A stretch of DNA of 64,000 nt from Alphaproteobacteria bacterium (GTDB lineage: Bacteria; Pseudomonadota; Alphaproteobacteria; UBA9219): NCBI GenBank assembly GCA_013289265.1, contig JABDAH010000006.1, positions 706 to 64,705 on the forward strand, in the 5' to 3' direction. Under the pieces are notes generated by a model. That model saw only the letters and a program-made list of their open reading frames with translations. It had not been told where the DNA came from and did no database searches. The first letter of the stretch is position 1. Each line of letters opens with the position of its first letter. Below, in pieces: positions 27,361 to 36,419 of this stretch. Position numbers and translations under genes: made by a program.

Positions 27361-27385
27361 CGGTTTTTTCTGGTAAGAGTTTTCC

Positions 27386-28678
27386 ATGAAAATCATCGAT
27401 TGGCAAAGCACAGATCCTGCCGAACAAAAAGCAGCATTGGCGCGCCCTCAACAGGGCAACGATAAAGCGCTTGCGGAAAAAGTTGCGGCCATAATCGATG
27501 CAGTCAAGCAACGCGGCGATGCGGCCCTGAAGGAATTCAACTTAAAGTTTGATAAAGCGCAGCTCACGACACTGCGTGTATCTGCGCAGGATATTCAAGC
27601 AGGCGCGCAGGGCACTTCGCCGGAACTGCGCGTTGCCATTTTACAGGCCAAATTCAATATCGAAAAATTCCACGAAGCCGAACGCCCGCATACTGTTAAA
27701 GTTGAAACAATGCCCGGCGTTTTATGCGAACAACATTGGCGCGCTATCGAAACCATCGGTCTTTATGTGCCTGGCGGCACAGCACCCCTTTTCTCCTCCG
27801 TATTAATGCAATCGATCCCGGCCAAGATCGCTGGCTGCCGCCGGATAATTTTATGCACGCCGCCGCAGTCGGATGGCAAAATTCACCCCGCCATTTTACT
27901 TGCCGCTGATATCTGCGGCATTACCGAGATATATGCCGTCGGCGGCGCACAGGCAATCGCCGCCATGGCCTATGGCACCGGAAGCATTCCAAAAGTCGAT
28001 AAAATCTTCGGACCCGGCAATGCTTATGTCACGATGGCAAAGCAACTGGTTTCACAAGACCCGGCAGGTGCTGCGATTGATATGCCTGCCGGCCCCAGTG
28101 AAGTTATGGTCATTGCTGAAAAAAGCGCCAAAGCCGATTGGGTTGCTGCGGACTTACTGGCGCAGGCAGAACATGACATGACTGCACAAGCTATTCTTGT
28201 CACCACGGATACTCGTTTTGCGCAACAGGTGGCACAAGAAGTCGAAAAGCAGTTGGCTTCCCTGCCTCGCAACAATATCGCCGCAGCCGCCATTCGTGAA
28301 AGCCGCATCATCATCACAACCAATATGAATGCGGCCATCAGAATCGCTAATGTCTATGCGCCTGAACATTTGATTATCCATAACGAAGATGCTGCAAAAT
28401 ACCTGCCGGACATCCAGCATGCGGGCTCAGTTTTTCTGGGGCCGCTGACGCCGGAATCTGCAGGTGACTATGCCAGCGGTACCAATCATGTGCTGCCAAC
28501 TTATGGCTATGCGCGCGCCTATAACGGCATCACTGTACTCAGCTTCATGAAGAGTATGACGGTGCAGACGATTTCACGCATTGGCCTTGAAAACCTTGGC
28601 TCTACAATTATAACGATGGCCGAAGCCGAGGGGCTGCAGGCGCATGCCAATGCCGTTAAAATTCGTACCGGGAAATAA
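27386..28678 (+). CDS. hisD: Histidinol dehydrogenase
   Basis: 430 aa with the motifs LYVPGG, QAEHD and YAPEHL. The stop overlaps the next start (TAATG). Confidence 0.95.
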   Translation: MKIIDWQSTDPAEQKAALARPQQGNDKALAEKVAAIIDAVKQRGDAALKEFNLKFDKAQLTTLRVSAQDIQAGAQGTSPELRVAILQAKFNIEKFHEAERPHTVKVETMPGVLCEQHWRAIETIGLYVPGGTAPLFSSVLMQSIPAKIAGCRRIILCTPPQSDGKIHPAILLAADICGITEIYAVGGAQAIAAMAYGTGSIPKVDKIFGPGNAYVTMAKQLVSQDPAGAAIDMPAGPSEVMVIAEKSAKADWVAADLLAQAEHDMTAQAILVTTDTRFAQQVAQEVEKQLASLPRNNIAAAAIRESRIIITTNMNAAIRIANVYAPEHLIIHNEDAAKYLPDIQHAGSVFLGPLTPESAGDYASGTNHVLPTYGYARAYNGITVLSFMKSMTVQTISRIGLENLGSTIITMAEAEGLQAHANAVKIRTGK

Positions 28679-30345
28679 TGATGAACTGGCTGACAAACTT
28701 AATGCGCCCTGACTTACGCAACCTGACGGCTTATAGCTCTGCACGCACAGAAGCTGGCGGCTTTCACCCGGATATCGCTATCGATGCCAACGAATTTCCA
28801 TGGCCACCTTTTGGTTCCATCACCGGACAAGGCCCCCTCAACCGTTATCCGGAACCACAACCCCGTGCATTAATCCAACGGCTTGCCGCCGTTTGGGGCG
28901 TAACCGCCGAACAAATTCTGATAGGCCGCGGCAGCGACGAAGGTATTGATGTTCTGCTGCGTCTGTTATGCCGCGCTGGTGAAGACGAAATCCTGATCTG
29001 CCCACCTACCTATGGTATGTATAAAGTAGCAGCGGAGATTCAAGGCGCCAAACTTTTATCAGTGCCGCTCACTAAAGAATATCAGCTTGATGTGCCCGCC
29101 ATTCTGAAAAATTGCACAGCCAACACCAAACTGATTTTTATCCCCTCACCCAATGCGCCTATTGGCCATTTGATGCGCAGCAAGGATATTCTGGAGCTAT
29201 GCACAGCGCGAGTTGCAAAAAGCCTGATTGTTATTGATGAAGCCTATATCGAATTCAGCGATATGCCGCGCGGCATGCTGGATGAGCTAAAGAACCACGA
29301 CAACCTTGTCATCCTTCGCACGATGTCGAAAGCGCATGCGCTGGCAGGCGAGCGTGTTGGTGTTGTGATCGGCACACCGGAACTGATTCAGAATTTACGA
29401 AAGATCATCGCGCCTTATCCCCTGACGCAAAGCAGCATTCGCGCCGCGCTTGATGCCCTTAGCCCCAACGGTATTGTTCAAAATATCGAGCGCCGCAACG
29501 TGATTATTGCCGAGTGGGAACGTATGGCAAAATTACTGCCGCAATCGCCGCAGGTGGTCAGCGTTTATCCGAGCACCGCAAATTTCCTGTTACTGCAAAC
29601 CAAAGATTCCAAAGCTTTTATGCAACAACTGGCGCAGTTTAGTATTCTGGCGCGCGACAGGAACAGCAATATTCCCAACACCTTGCGCATCAGTATTGGC
29701 ACACCGGAAGAAAACAATCTGGTGCTGAAAGCGCTTGGGATTACACAGTCTTCAAAAACTACATCGCCGCGCCTGTTCAGCAAGCGTCGCGGAACAAAAG
29801 AAACCGTGATTGATGTCACCGTTAATCTCGATGCGCCGAATTTTCTGAATATAGATACCGGCATTGGCTTTTTTGACCATATGCTGTCGCAACTGGCTTC
29901 TCATGGCGGGTTCGGGTTGGAGCTGCATTGCAAGGGCGATCTGGTGATCGACCAGCATCATTCGATTGAAGATTGCGCGTTAGCTTTGGGTGAAGCGCTG
30001 AAAGCAGCCCTGGGAGACAAGCGCGGTATTGCCCGCTTCGGCTTCAGTGCACCACTGGATGAAGCTGTGGCGAATGTCGTTGTGGATTTATCAGGCCGCC
30101 CCTACTTTGTCTTCACTGGGAATTTTCCTGGTGAAAAAGTGGGTGAAATGAGTTCCGAGATGGTCCCGCACTTTTTCCGCTCGCTAGCTACTGCTATGAA
30201 TGCCGCCATTCACCTGACGGTGCAGGGTGAAAACACGCATCATATGGTGGAAGCTAGTTTTAAAGCCACAGGCCGCGCCTTGCGACAAGCCTTCCAGCGC
30301 GAAGGCTCGCCGGACAACATTCCCTCCACCAAGGGCGTATTATAA
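28678..30345 (+). CDS. hisC/hisB: Fusion protein: histidinol-phosphate aminotransferase (HisC) plus imidazoleglycerol-phosphate dehydratase (HisB IGPD domain)
   Basis: A single 555-aa ORF. The N-terminal ~355 aa carry YPEPQP, NPNAPIG-like SPNAPIG, and RTMSKAHALAGERVG with the PLP lysine. The C-terminal ~195 aa carry RGTKETVIDVTVNLD, TGIGFFDHML, DQHHSIEDCALALG and GENTHHMVEASFKA. Confidence 0.9.
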   Translation: MMNWLTNLMRPDLRNLTAYSSARTEAGGFHPDIAIDANEFPWPPFGSITGQGPLNRYPEPQPRALIQRLAAVWGVTAEQILIGRGSDEGIDVLLRLLCRAGEDEILICPPTYGMYKVAAEIQGAKLLSVPLTKEYQLDVPAILKNCTANTKLIFIPSPNAPIGHLMRSKDILELCTARVAKSLIVIDEAYIEFSDMPRGMLDELKNHDNLVILRTMSKAHALAGERVGVVIGTPELIQNLRKIIAPYPLTQSSIRAALDALSPNGIVQNIERRNVIIAEWERMAKLLPQSPQVVSVYPSTANFLLLQTKDSKAFMQQLAQFSILARDRNSNIPNTLRISIGTPEENNLVLKALGITQSSKTTSPRLFSKRRGTKETVIDVTVNLDAPNFLNIDTGIGFFDHMLSQLASHGGFGLELHCKGDLVIDQHHSIEDCALALGEALKAALGDKRGIARFGFSAPLDEAVANVVVDLSGRPYFVFTGNFPGEKVGEMSSEMVPHFFRSLATAMNAAIHLTVQGENTHHMVEASFKATGRALRQAFQREGSPDNIPSTKGVL

Positions 30346-30941
30346 TGGCAGTTGCAGTCATCGACAGCGGCGTTGCCAATCTGGAATCCGTCATGGGCGC
30401 TTTGCGGCGGCTGCAAGCCGATGCCGTTACCACGAGCGATGCCGCCGCCATCAGCAAAGCCAGTCATGTTATTCTGCCAGGTGTCGGCGCAGCTGCGCCT
30501 GCCATGAAAAAACTGCATGATAAAAATCTGGTTGAGGTCATACGCAACCTAAAACAACCTGTACTCGGCATTTGCCTTGGCATGCAATTGCTGTTCGGGC
30601 ATATGGATGAAAGCGAAGGCGTTGACGGTCTTGGCCTTATTAAAGGGACCGTTACGCTCCTACCTTCTACTCCCAATAATCCTGTACCGCATATGGGTTG
30701 GAATAATCTGATGATTAAGCAACCTGCTCACCCCCTGTTACGTAATGTACCGGATAACAGCTTTGTCTATTTCGTGCACAGCTATGCAGCGCCTGTGTCC
30801 GAAGCAACTTTGGCCGCTACAAATTACGGCACGGATTTCACTGCTATGGCAGCACGCGATAATTTCCACGGCTGCCAGTTTCACCCCGAACGTTCCAGCG
30901 CCGTGGGTTCGCAAATCCTGAAAAATTTCCTGGATATGTAA
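30345..30941 (+). CDS. hisH: Imidazole glycerol phosphate synthase, glutamine amidotransferase subunit
   Basis: 198 aa. GICLGMQLL carries the catalytic Cys, and HSY...FHPERS follows. The start overlaps the upstream stop (TAATG). Confidence 0.9.
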   Translation: MAVAVIDSGVANLESVMGALRRLQADAVTTSDAAAISKASHVILPGVGAAAPAMKKLHDKNLVEVIRNLKQPVLGICLGMQLLFGHMDESEGVDGLGLIKGTVTLLPSTPNNPVPHMGWNNLMIKQPAHPLLRNVPDNSFVYFVHSYAAPVSEATLAATNYGTDFTAMAARDNFHGCQFHPERSSAVGSQILKNFLDM

Positions 30942-30942
30942 G

Positions 30943-31686
30943 ATGGATATCTTTCCCGCAATCGATCTGAAGAACGGCAAATGCGTGCGGCTGACGCAGG
31001 GTGATTTCAACAAAATTACTATCTATGAAGCTGATCCCATCAGGCAGGCGCAGAAATTTGCCACCGCTGGGGCAAGCTGGCTGCATATGGTCGATCTCGA
31101 CGGTGCAAAATTCGGCGGCATGAAGCAATTTGAAACTATCGCGGAAGTTGTCGGTAGCACAACTTTGCAAGTGCAAGTCGGCGGCGGCGTCCGCGACGAA
31201 GAAACCATCGAAAAACTTCTGAATGCGGGCGTACGACGTGTGGTTATCGGCAGCCTCGCCGTCAAGGACCCCTTGAAAGTACAAGGCTGGCTGAAACAAT
31301 TCGGGCCGGAGAAAATTATTTTGGCTTTCGATGTGCGGTTGAATAGCGATAACCAGCCGGAGATCCTGATCCATGGCTGGAAAAGCGGTAGCAAGCAATT
31401 GCTGTGGGACGTTCTGGAACGCTACAGCGAAACGGGACTTAAAACCCTTCTCTGCACGGATGTCAGCCGCGACGGCATGTTGACGGGCACCAATCATGAT
31501 TTATACCGCGAAATTCAGAAACAGGCGCCGCAGTTGGATATTCTGGCTTCTGGCGGCGTCAATGATCTGAATGATCTGCTCGCTTTGTCGCGCATGAAAC
31601 TGACAGGCGCAATCACCGGCAAGGCGCTATACGAAGGCAAGATCGATCTGGCCGATGCTATTAAACGGGTGCGCGATGCTGGCTAA
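30943..31686 (+). CDS. hisA: ProFAR isomerase
   Basis: 247 aa. [21 protein letters not shown] and GGGVR are HisA motifs. Confidence 0.9.
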   Translation: MDIFPAIDLKNGKCVRLTQGDFNKITIYEADPIRQAQKFATAGASWLHMVDLDGAKFGGMKQFETIAEVVGSTTLQVQVGGGVRDEETIEKLLNAGVRRVVIGSLAVKDPLKVQGWLKQFGPEKIILAFDVRLNSDNQPEILIHGWKSGSKQLLWDVLERYSETGLKTLLCTDVSRDGMLTGTNHDLYREIQKQAPQLDILASGGVNDLNDLLALSRMKLTGAITGKALYEGKIDLADAIKRVRDAG

Positions 31687-32443
31687 GCGGATTATTCCCT
31701 GTCTTGATGTCAAAGATGGGCAGGTTGTCAAAGGCGTGCAGTTCCGTGGCCACGAAGTTGTAGGCGACATCATCGAACTGGCACAGCGTTACCGCAATGA
31801 AGGCGCGGATGAATTGGTGTTCTACGACATAACTGCCAGCAGCGACGGCCGCCGTGTCGACCGCGACTGGATCAGACGTATATCAGCGGTTCTGGATATC
31901 CCTTTTAGCGTCGCGGGCGGTATCCGCACAATTGAAGATGCACGGACCATTTTGGCCAATGGCGCTGATAAAATCTCGATCAACTCCCCCGCGCTTGAGA
32001 ATCCCGAAGTGATCGACGCTATGGCGCGCGAATTCGGCAGCCAATGCGTTGTCGTCGGTATCGATAGCCGCAGCGAAGGCGGCGATTATTTCGTTTATCA
32101 ATATACGGGCGATGCCAGCAAAACGCAGGCTACACGTCGTCGTACCCTCGACTGGGTTGACGAGATTACGAAACGCGGGGCAGGTGAGATTGTCCTCAAT
32201 TGCATGAATCAGGACGGTATGCGTAAAGGGTATGACGTGGCGCAGCTTCGCGCCGTCCGCAACAAAACATCGATCCCGCTGATAGCCTCTGGCGGCGCTG
32301 GCACGGCCGAGCATTTCGCCGCCGCCTTTAACGAAGCGCATGTTGACGGCGCATTAGCCGCCAGCATATTCCATAAGCAAATTTTAAGTATCGGCGCGGT
32401 TAAAGATTTCCTGAAACAACAAGGAATAAATGTGCGGCAATGA
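31676..32443 (+). CDS. hisF: Imidazole glycerol phosphate synthase, cyclase subunit
   Basis: I placed the start at [15 protein letters not shown] (ATG 31676), which overlaps the hisA end. AGGIR and ASGGAG motifs are present. Confidence 0.9.
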   Translation: MLAKRIIPCLDVKDGQVVKGVQFRGHEVVGDIIELAQRYRNEGADELVFYDITASSDGRRVDRDWIRRISAVLDIPFSVAGGIRTIEDARTILANGADKISINSPALENPEVIDAMAREFGSQCVVVGIDSRSEGGDYFVYQYTGDASKTQATRRRTLDWVDEITKRGAGEIVLNCMNQDGMRKGYDVAQLRAVRNKTSIPLIASGGAGTAEHFAAAFNEAHVDGALAASIFHKQILSIGAVKDFLKQQGINVRQ

Positions 32444-33078
32444 CAACGGACTTTCAGAAATTCGACGGCAGCAAAATCGACTGGGCAAAAGGTGATGGGC
32501 TGGTGCCTGCTATCGCGCAAGATGCGAGGTCACTGCGGGTTTTGATGCTTGGCTATGTCAGCCAGGAATCTTTGGTGGCAACTCTGGAAACGGGGCTGGT
32601 CACTTTTTTCAGCCGCAGCAAGCAACGGCTGTGGAAGAAGGGTGAAACCTCCGGCAATGTTTTGCGCCTGAAAGATATTAAGGTGGATTGCGATAACGAT
32701 ACTTTGTTGATGCAAGTACAGCCGGAAGGCCCCACCTGTCATCTAGGCACTGTTTCCTGCTTTGGCGATGAAAGCGCGCCGAACCTGTCTGTCATCGCCG
32801 ACCTTGCCGCCACTATTCATATGCGCCATCTTCTGCCGCAGCATGGCAGCTATACCGCGAAGTTATTCGAAGAAGGTCTATCGCGCATCGCGCAAAAAGT
32901 GGGCGAGGAAGCGGTTGAAACCGTTATTGCGGCCACGACTAAAAGCCCCTCCCTCGCCAGCGAGACAGCCGATCTGATCTATCATCTGCTGGTGCTATTG
33001 GAAGCCAGCGATACGCGACTAAAGGACGTGCTACGCATTCTGCATGAACGCTCGCAGATCAAGAAAAACCATGATTGA
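32440..33078 (+). CDS. hisI: Bifunctional phosphoribosyl-AMP cyclohydrolase / phosphoribosyl-ATP pyrophosphatase
   Basis: 212 aa. The HisI part reads [11 protein letters not shown]...DCDNDTLL...GPTCH. The HisE part reads [23 protein letters not shown]. Confidence 0.9.
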   Translation: MTTDFQKFDGSKIDWAKGDGLVPAIAQDARSLRVLMLGYVSQESLVATLETGLVTFFSRSKQRLWKKGETSGNVLRLKDIKVDCDNDTLLMQVQPEGPTCHLGTVSCFGDESAPNLSVIADLAATIHMRHLLPQHGSYTAKLFEEGLSRIAQKVGEEAVETVIAATTKSPSLASETADLIYHLLVLLEASDTRLKDVLRILHERSQIKKNHD

Positions 33079-33850
33079 TTTCGAAAAAGAGTTTAAGGCT
33101 TTCTTCAATCATGCCGCCGATGCCGCAGGCGCTATCGCTCTCAATTATTTCCGAAAAATAATACCTGTCGATGACAAGCAGGATAAATCACCGGTCACGC
33201 AGGCCGACCGCGAGATTGAACAAACCCTGCGCGACATGATCCGTAAACAGTTTCCGACCCACGGCATCATCGGCGAGGAATTCGGCAGGGAAAATGAAGA
33301 GGCTGAATTTGTCTGGGTTATCGATCCCATTGACGGCACCAAAAGCTTTGTCACCGGGCGACCTCTCTTCGGGACAATTATCGGCCTGCTGCATAATGGC
33401 AAACCGGTCATGGGGGTAATCGATCAAGCTTTCACCCGCGAACGCTGGTTCGGCATCGACCGGCAAGGCGCCTGGTATAATAGCCAACCCATCAAGGTTG
33501 CGCCGCCGCGCCCCCTGCATGCCGCACGCCTTTATACCGGTTCCATTTCCATGTTCGATGATGCCAATCTGGATAAATTTCTGACGCTGTGCCGCACCGC
33601 CAAGCTGACGCAATATAGCTGCGACTGTTATGCTTACGGCTTACTGGCTATGGGTTGGTGCGATCTGATCGTCGAGCAATGCCTCGCTCTGTACGATGTC
33701 GCTGGCGCAGCGCCGATTATCACCGGCGCTGGCGGCTATATTGCAGATTGGCAGGGCAGGCCCGTCAGCAGAGAGTATAGCGGCACGATCGTCATCGCCA
33801 CCAGTCAAGATTTGGCGTTAGAAGCTATTAAAATCTTAAAAAACACCTGA
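33071..33850 (+). CDS. hisN: Inositol-monophosphatase-family protein, probable histidinol-phosphatase (HisN type)
   Basis: I placed the start at MIDFEKEF, which overlaps the hisI stop. The IMPase motifs are GEEF, WVIDPIDGTKSF and a later WDLIV-type region. Its position as last gene of the his operon suggests HisN. Confidence 0.65.
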   Translation: MIDFEKEFKAFFNHAADAAGAIALNYFRKIIPVDDKQDKSPVTQADREIEQTLRDMIRKQFPTHGIIGEEFGRENEEAEFVWVIDPIDGTKSFVTGRPLFGTIIGLLHNGKPVMGVIDQAFTRERWFGIDRQGAWYNSQPIKVAPPRPLHAARLYTGSISMFDDANLDKFLTLCRTAKLTQYSCDCYAYGLLAMGWCDLIVEQCLALYDVAGAAPIITGAGGYIADWQGRPVSREYSGTIVIATSQDLALEAIKILKNT

Positions 33851-33940
33851 ATTAACCATACCTCTATTATTTTGCCTTTTTAGTTTCGCTGCTAACTGTT
33901 AAAATGCGCCACTTGGAAAATACATATTGGGGAAGTTATT

Positions 33941-34834
33941 ATGAATCAAAAATTCACCTTGTCATCAGGGCTGAGCGCAACGGCTATATTGGCAGCGTGC
34001 GGTATAATGGTCGCTGGCGCTTTGAACCCGCATCAAGTTTATCTTCAGACTTCTCGCACAAACGACGGCATTAACGGCACTGCAACTGGTGGCTACGGTT
34101 TAGGAATTCCCACAAAGTTTGTCTGCCATCAAGATGATATAAGCGCTGTTCTGAAAATAGATAAACAGCAGTTTCAGGCACCCACATGCGATGAAGCAAT
34201 AACAGGCATTTTTGGAAAACCGGATTTTTTCGGTAATTGGCGCCTGTCATCCGAAAAAACATTTTTAGACAATGTTGATGTTGTTAACAAGACGGGTTTT
34301 GAAAAAATCAAAGAAGTTACATGCCGTAGTGGTGATGTCGAAGTCCACGCCATTGATTACAAAAATAACACCGGAGCGATCGACGCCTATGAGATATCAA
34401 AAAATGAAAATCTTGGTAGTGGTGTAGAAATCAATGGCCTGCATAAGAAAATGGTTCTGGGCGAAAGTTATACAGCACGCGCCATATATCTATGCCGCCA
34501 TGGTATTGACCCTAAAGCTATTTCAGCAAGGATAGGTGCCAGCACAACGATTTACGGCTACGGGGCTACCCCTTCATCTTCACAATCGGAACAGCCTGAA
34601 ATTAAGATTGGCTCCGGTGACGAAGGCGATCACGCCATCAGGGGTATTAAACTTTATAACGCACAGGCAAATGGTTTAGTAGCCGATGCCTTTCCAGCCG
34701 CAGCCGCGCAGATAGAGAAAACTTCCAATGGAAACGTGAAGGCAGACAAGCTGGAAAGCATCTATGAATATATGATGGGCCAGAAACCCCAAAAAATAAA
34801 CTATCACGCAGAGTATCGATATATTGCAGGTTAA
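33941..34834 (+). CDS. Hypothetical lipoprotein/secreted protein
   Basis: 297 aa with an N-terminal signal carrying the lipobox-like ILAAC. No family recognised. Confidence 0.5.
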   Translation: MNQKFTLSSGLSATAILAACGIMVAGALNPHQVYLQTSRTNDGINGTATGGYGLGIPTKFVCHQDDISAVLKIDKQQFQAPTCDEAITGIFGKPDFFGNWRLSSEKTFLDNVDVVNKTGFEKIKEVTCRSGDVEVHAIDYKNNTGAIDAYEISKNENLGSGVEINGLHKKMVLGESYTARAIYLCRHGIDPKAISARIGASTTIYGYGATPSSSQSEQPEIKIGSGDEGDHAIRGIKLYNAQANGLVADAFPAAAAQIEKTSNGNVKADKLESIYEYMMGQKPQKINYHAEYRYIAG

Positions 34835-34864
34835 AGTTTAAAGCCCGACAAATGATCCTGCGAT

Positions 34865-35194
34865 TTACCGACCCTGCACAATAACCTTGTACTGGTAAAC
34901 CTGTACCTCGCCGCTGTCGTCGGCTGCGCGCACGATCAGATTGGTTTCACCGGTTCCCTCTTTTGGCACAAGGCTGACAACATCGCTGTCATGATCCGCA
35001 GTGACCAGCGAGGGATTACCAACCACGACAGACCGCACGTGGCGACCGTTTGGAATTTCGACCTGCGTTGCCATGCCGGAGGTCAGATGGATAGCCGTCA
35101 TATCGTTTGATGCCTGAATGACGCGCGGCTTATCACTGGCGCAGGCGTCTAGTGCCAGACACAGGAACAGGGCAAGGACTGCTTTCTTGAACAT
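34865..35194 (-). CDS. Small lipoprotein with secretin/pilus-N-terminal-like beta domain
   Basis: 109 aa with lipobox LALDAC. VVVGNPSLVTAD...VVSLVPKEGTGETNLIV resembles the T2SS-T3SS_pil_N pattern. Confidence 0.45.
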   Translation of the reverse strand: MFKKAVLALFLCLALDACASDKPRVIQASNDMTAIHLTSGMATQVEIPNGRHVRSVVVGNPSLVTADHDSDVVSLVPKEGTGETNLIVRAADDSGEVQVYQYKVIVQGR

Positions 35195-35488
35195 AAAAAT
35201 CTCCTACAAGTGAATGAGCCTGTCGATAAAACTGCTGCGGCAGATGTCAAAAAGCAATAAGTACTGTTCATGTCATACTATCTAGTGTGCTGAAAAATCA
35301 CATAAAATTGCCTACTCCTGTGGTTTAGGGCACGGTTCGGCACAAAAATGACAAAATTCGCCGAATTAGGCTTGTGATTCACCACAAGTTGCGCCATGAC
35401 GTTTGCAAGTTGTTTTACGACAACTTGCCGGATAAAGCGGTCCGTCCGTATACCCAAAGGACCGATTAGGATAAAGGACGTAAGAAAC

Positions 35489-35692
35489 ATGCGTGGAACA
35501 GTGAAGTGGTTTAATGCGACCAAAGGTTTTGGCTTTATCGCTCCAGACGGTGCAAGCAAAGACGTTTTCGTTCATATCTCTGAAGTACAGAAGGCTGGTC
35601 TTCCCGGTCTGAACGAAGGCGAAGTTGTTGAGTTCGAAATGAGCATGGGCAAGAATGGCCGCGAAGCTGCCGTGAACATCAAAAAAGCTTAA
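35489..35692 (+). CDS. cspA: Cold-shock protein (CspA family)
   Basis: I placed the start at MRGTVKWFNATKGFGFI, which carries the RNP1/RNP2 motifs. The track start at 35396 is an upstream extension into the 5' UTR. Confidence 0.9.
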   Translation: MRGTVKWFNATKGFGFIAPDGASKDVFVHISEVQKAGLPGLNEGEVVEFEMSMGKNGREAAVNIKKA

Positions 35693-35710
35693 GCTTTTTG
35701 AAGTCCATTA

Positions 35711-35744
35711 AACGCCGTGGCGGCAACGCTGCGGCGTTTTTTTA
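35711..35744 (+). terminator. Rho-independent terminator of cspA
   Basis: A stem pairs ACGCCG with CGGCGT. It is followed by TTTTTTTATT. Confidence 0.6.
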
Positions 35745-35814
35745 TTGTTCGGCGTTTTTCCACGCAAAGAGATTCGCAACACGCGTCATTCCGGCGTAGC
35801 TCTCACTACATTTC

Positions 35815-36324
35815 TTACCGCTTCAAAAACGCGGCCAGTTGATCCAGAGTCCCACCCCAGCCTTGTTCCATATCTTTGAAGCTGCTGTTGAAAGTTTGGC
35901 ACTCTACATCGGTGGCATTCAGGGCTTCCCATTTTATGGTAAGTTTTGTTCCACCTTCAGCCGGCGCGAATGTAATGGTCGATAGCATTTCCAACGGCCA
36001 GTTCGCGCTGAGAGGATGGCGCGTCATGCCGCCTTTTTCATTGGAAAAGCAATTAACGAATACCAGCTTTTCCGGAGCAACGACTTCGCGGTAGGTAAAC
36101 TTGCCCCACATAGCTTTGCCATCGGGCGCATGCAGGCAATAGTGGTAAACGCCGCCGGGGCGCAGATCGAGCTTTGATATCTGAACGGTAAAGCCTTTCG
36201 GGCCCCACCACTTGGCCATTAATTCAGGAATGGTCCATGCTTTATAGAGAAGATCGCGCGGCGCATCGAACACACGGCTAATAATAAACGCGTTACTTTC
36301 AGTCACTGTACCGGGCCCCCACAA
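35815..36324 (-). CDS. SRPBCC superfamily protein (Aha1/activator-of-Hsp90-ATPase-like domain)
   Basis: 169 aa. The pattern is ISRVFDAPRDLLYKAWT...WWGPKGF...GG.Y. Confidence 0.75.
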   Translation of the reverse strand: MWGPGTVTESNAFIISRVFDAPRDLLYKAWTIPELMAKWWGPKGFTVQISKLDLRPGGVYHYCLHAPDGKAMWGKFTYREVVAPEKLVFVNCFSNEKGGMTRHPLSANWPLEMLSTITFAPAEGGTKLTIKWEALNATDVECQTFNSSFKDMEQGWGGTLDQLAAFLKR

Positions 36325-36419
36325 ACAAAGAATGGGGATTTCTATGTATTATTTTAAATAGATGCAAGTATTCTTTGGGTCTGGACCAAACAAAATTAGT
36401 AGTAGCCCATAAACGAACA

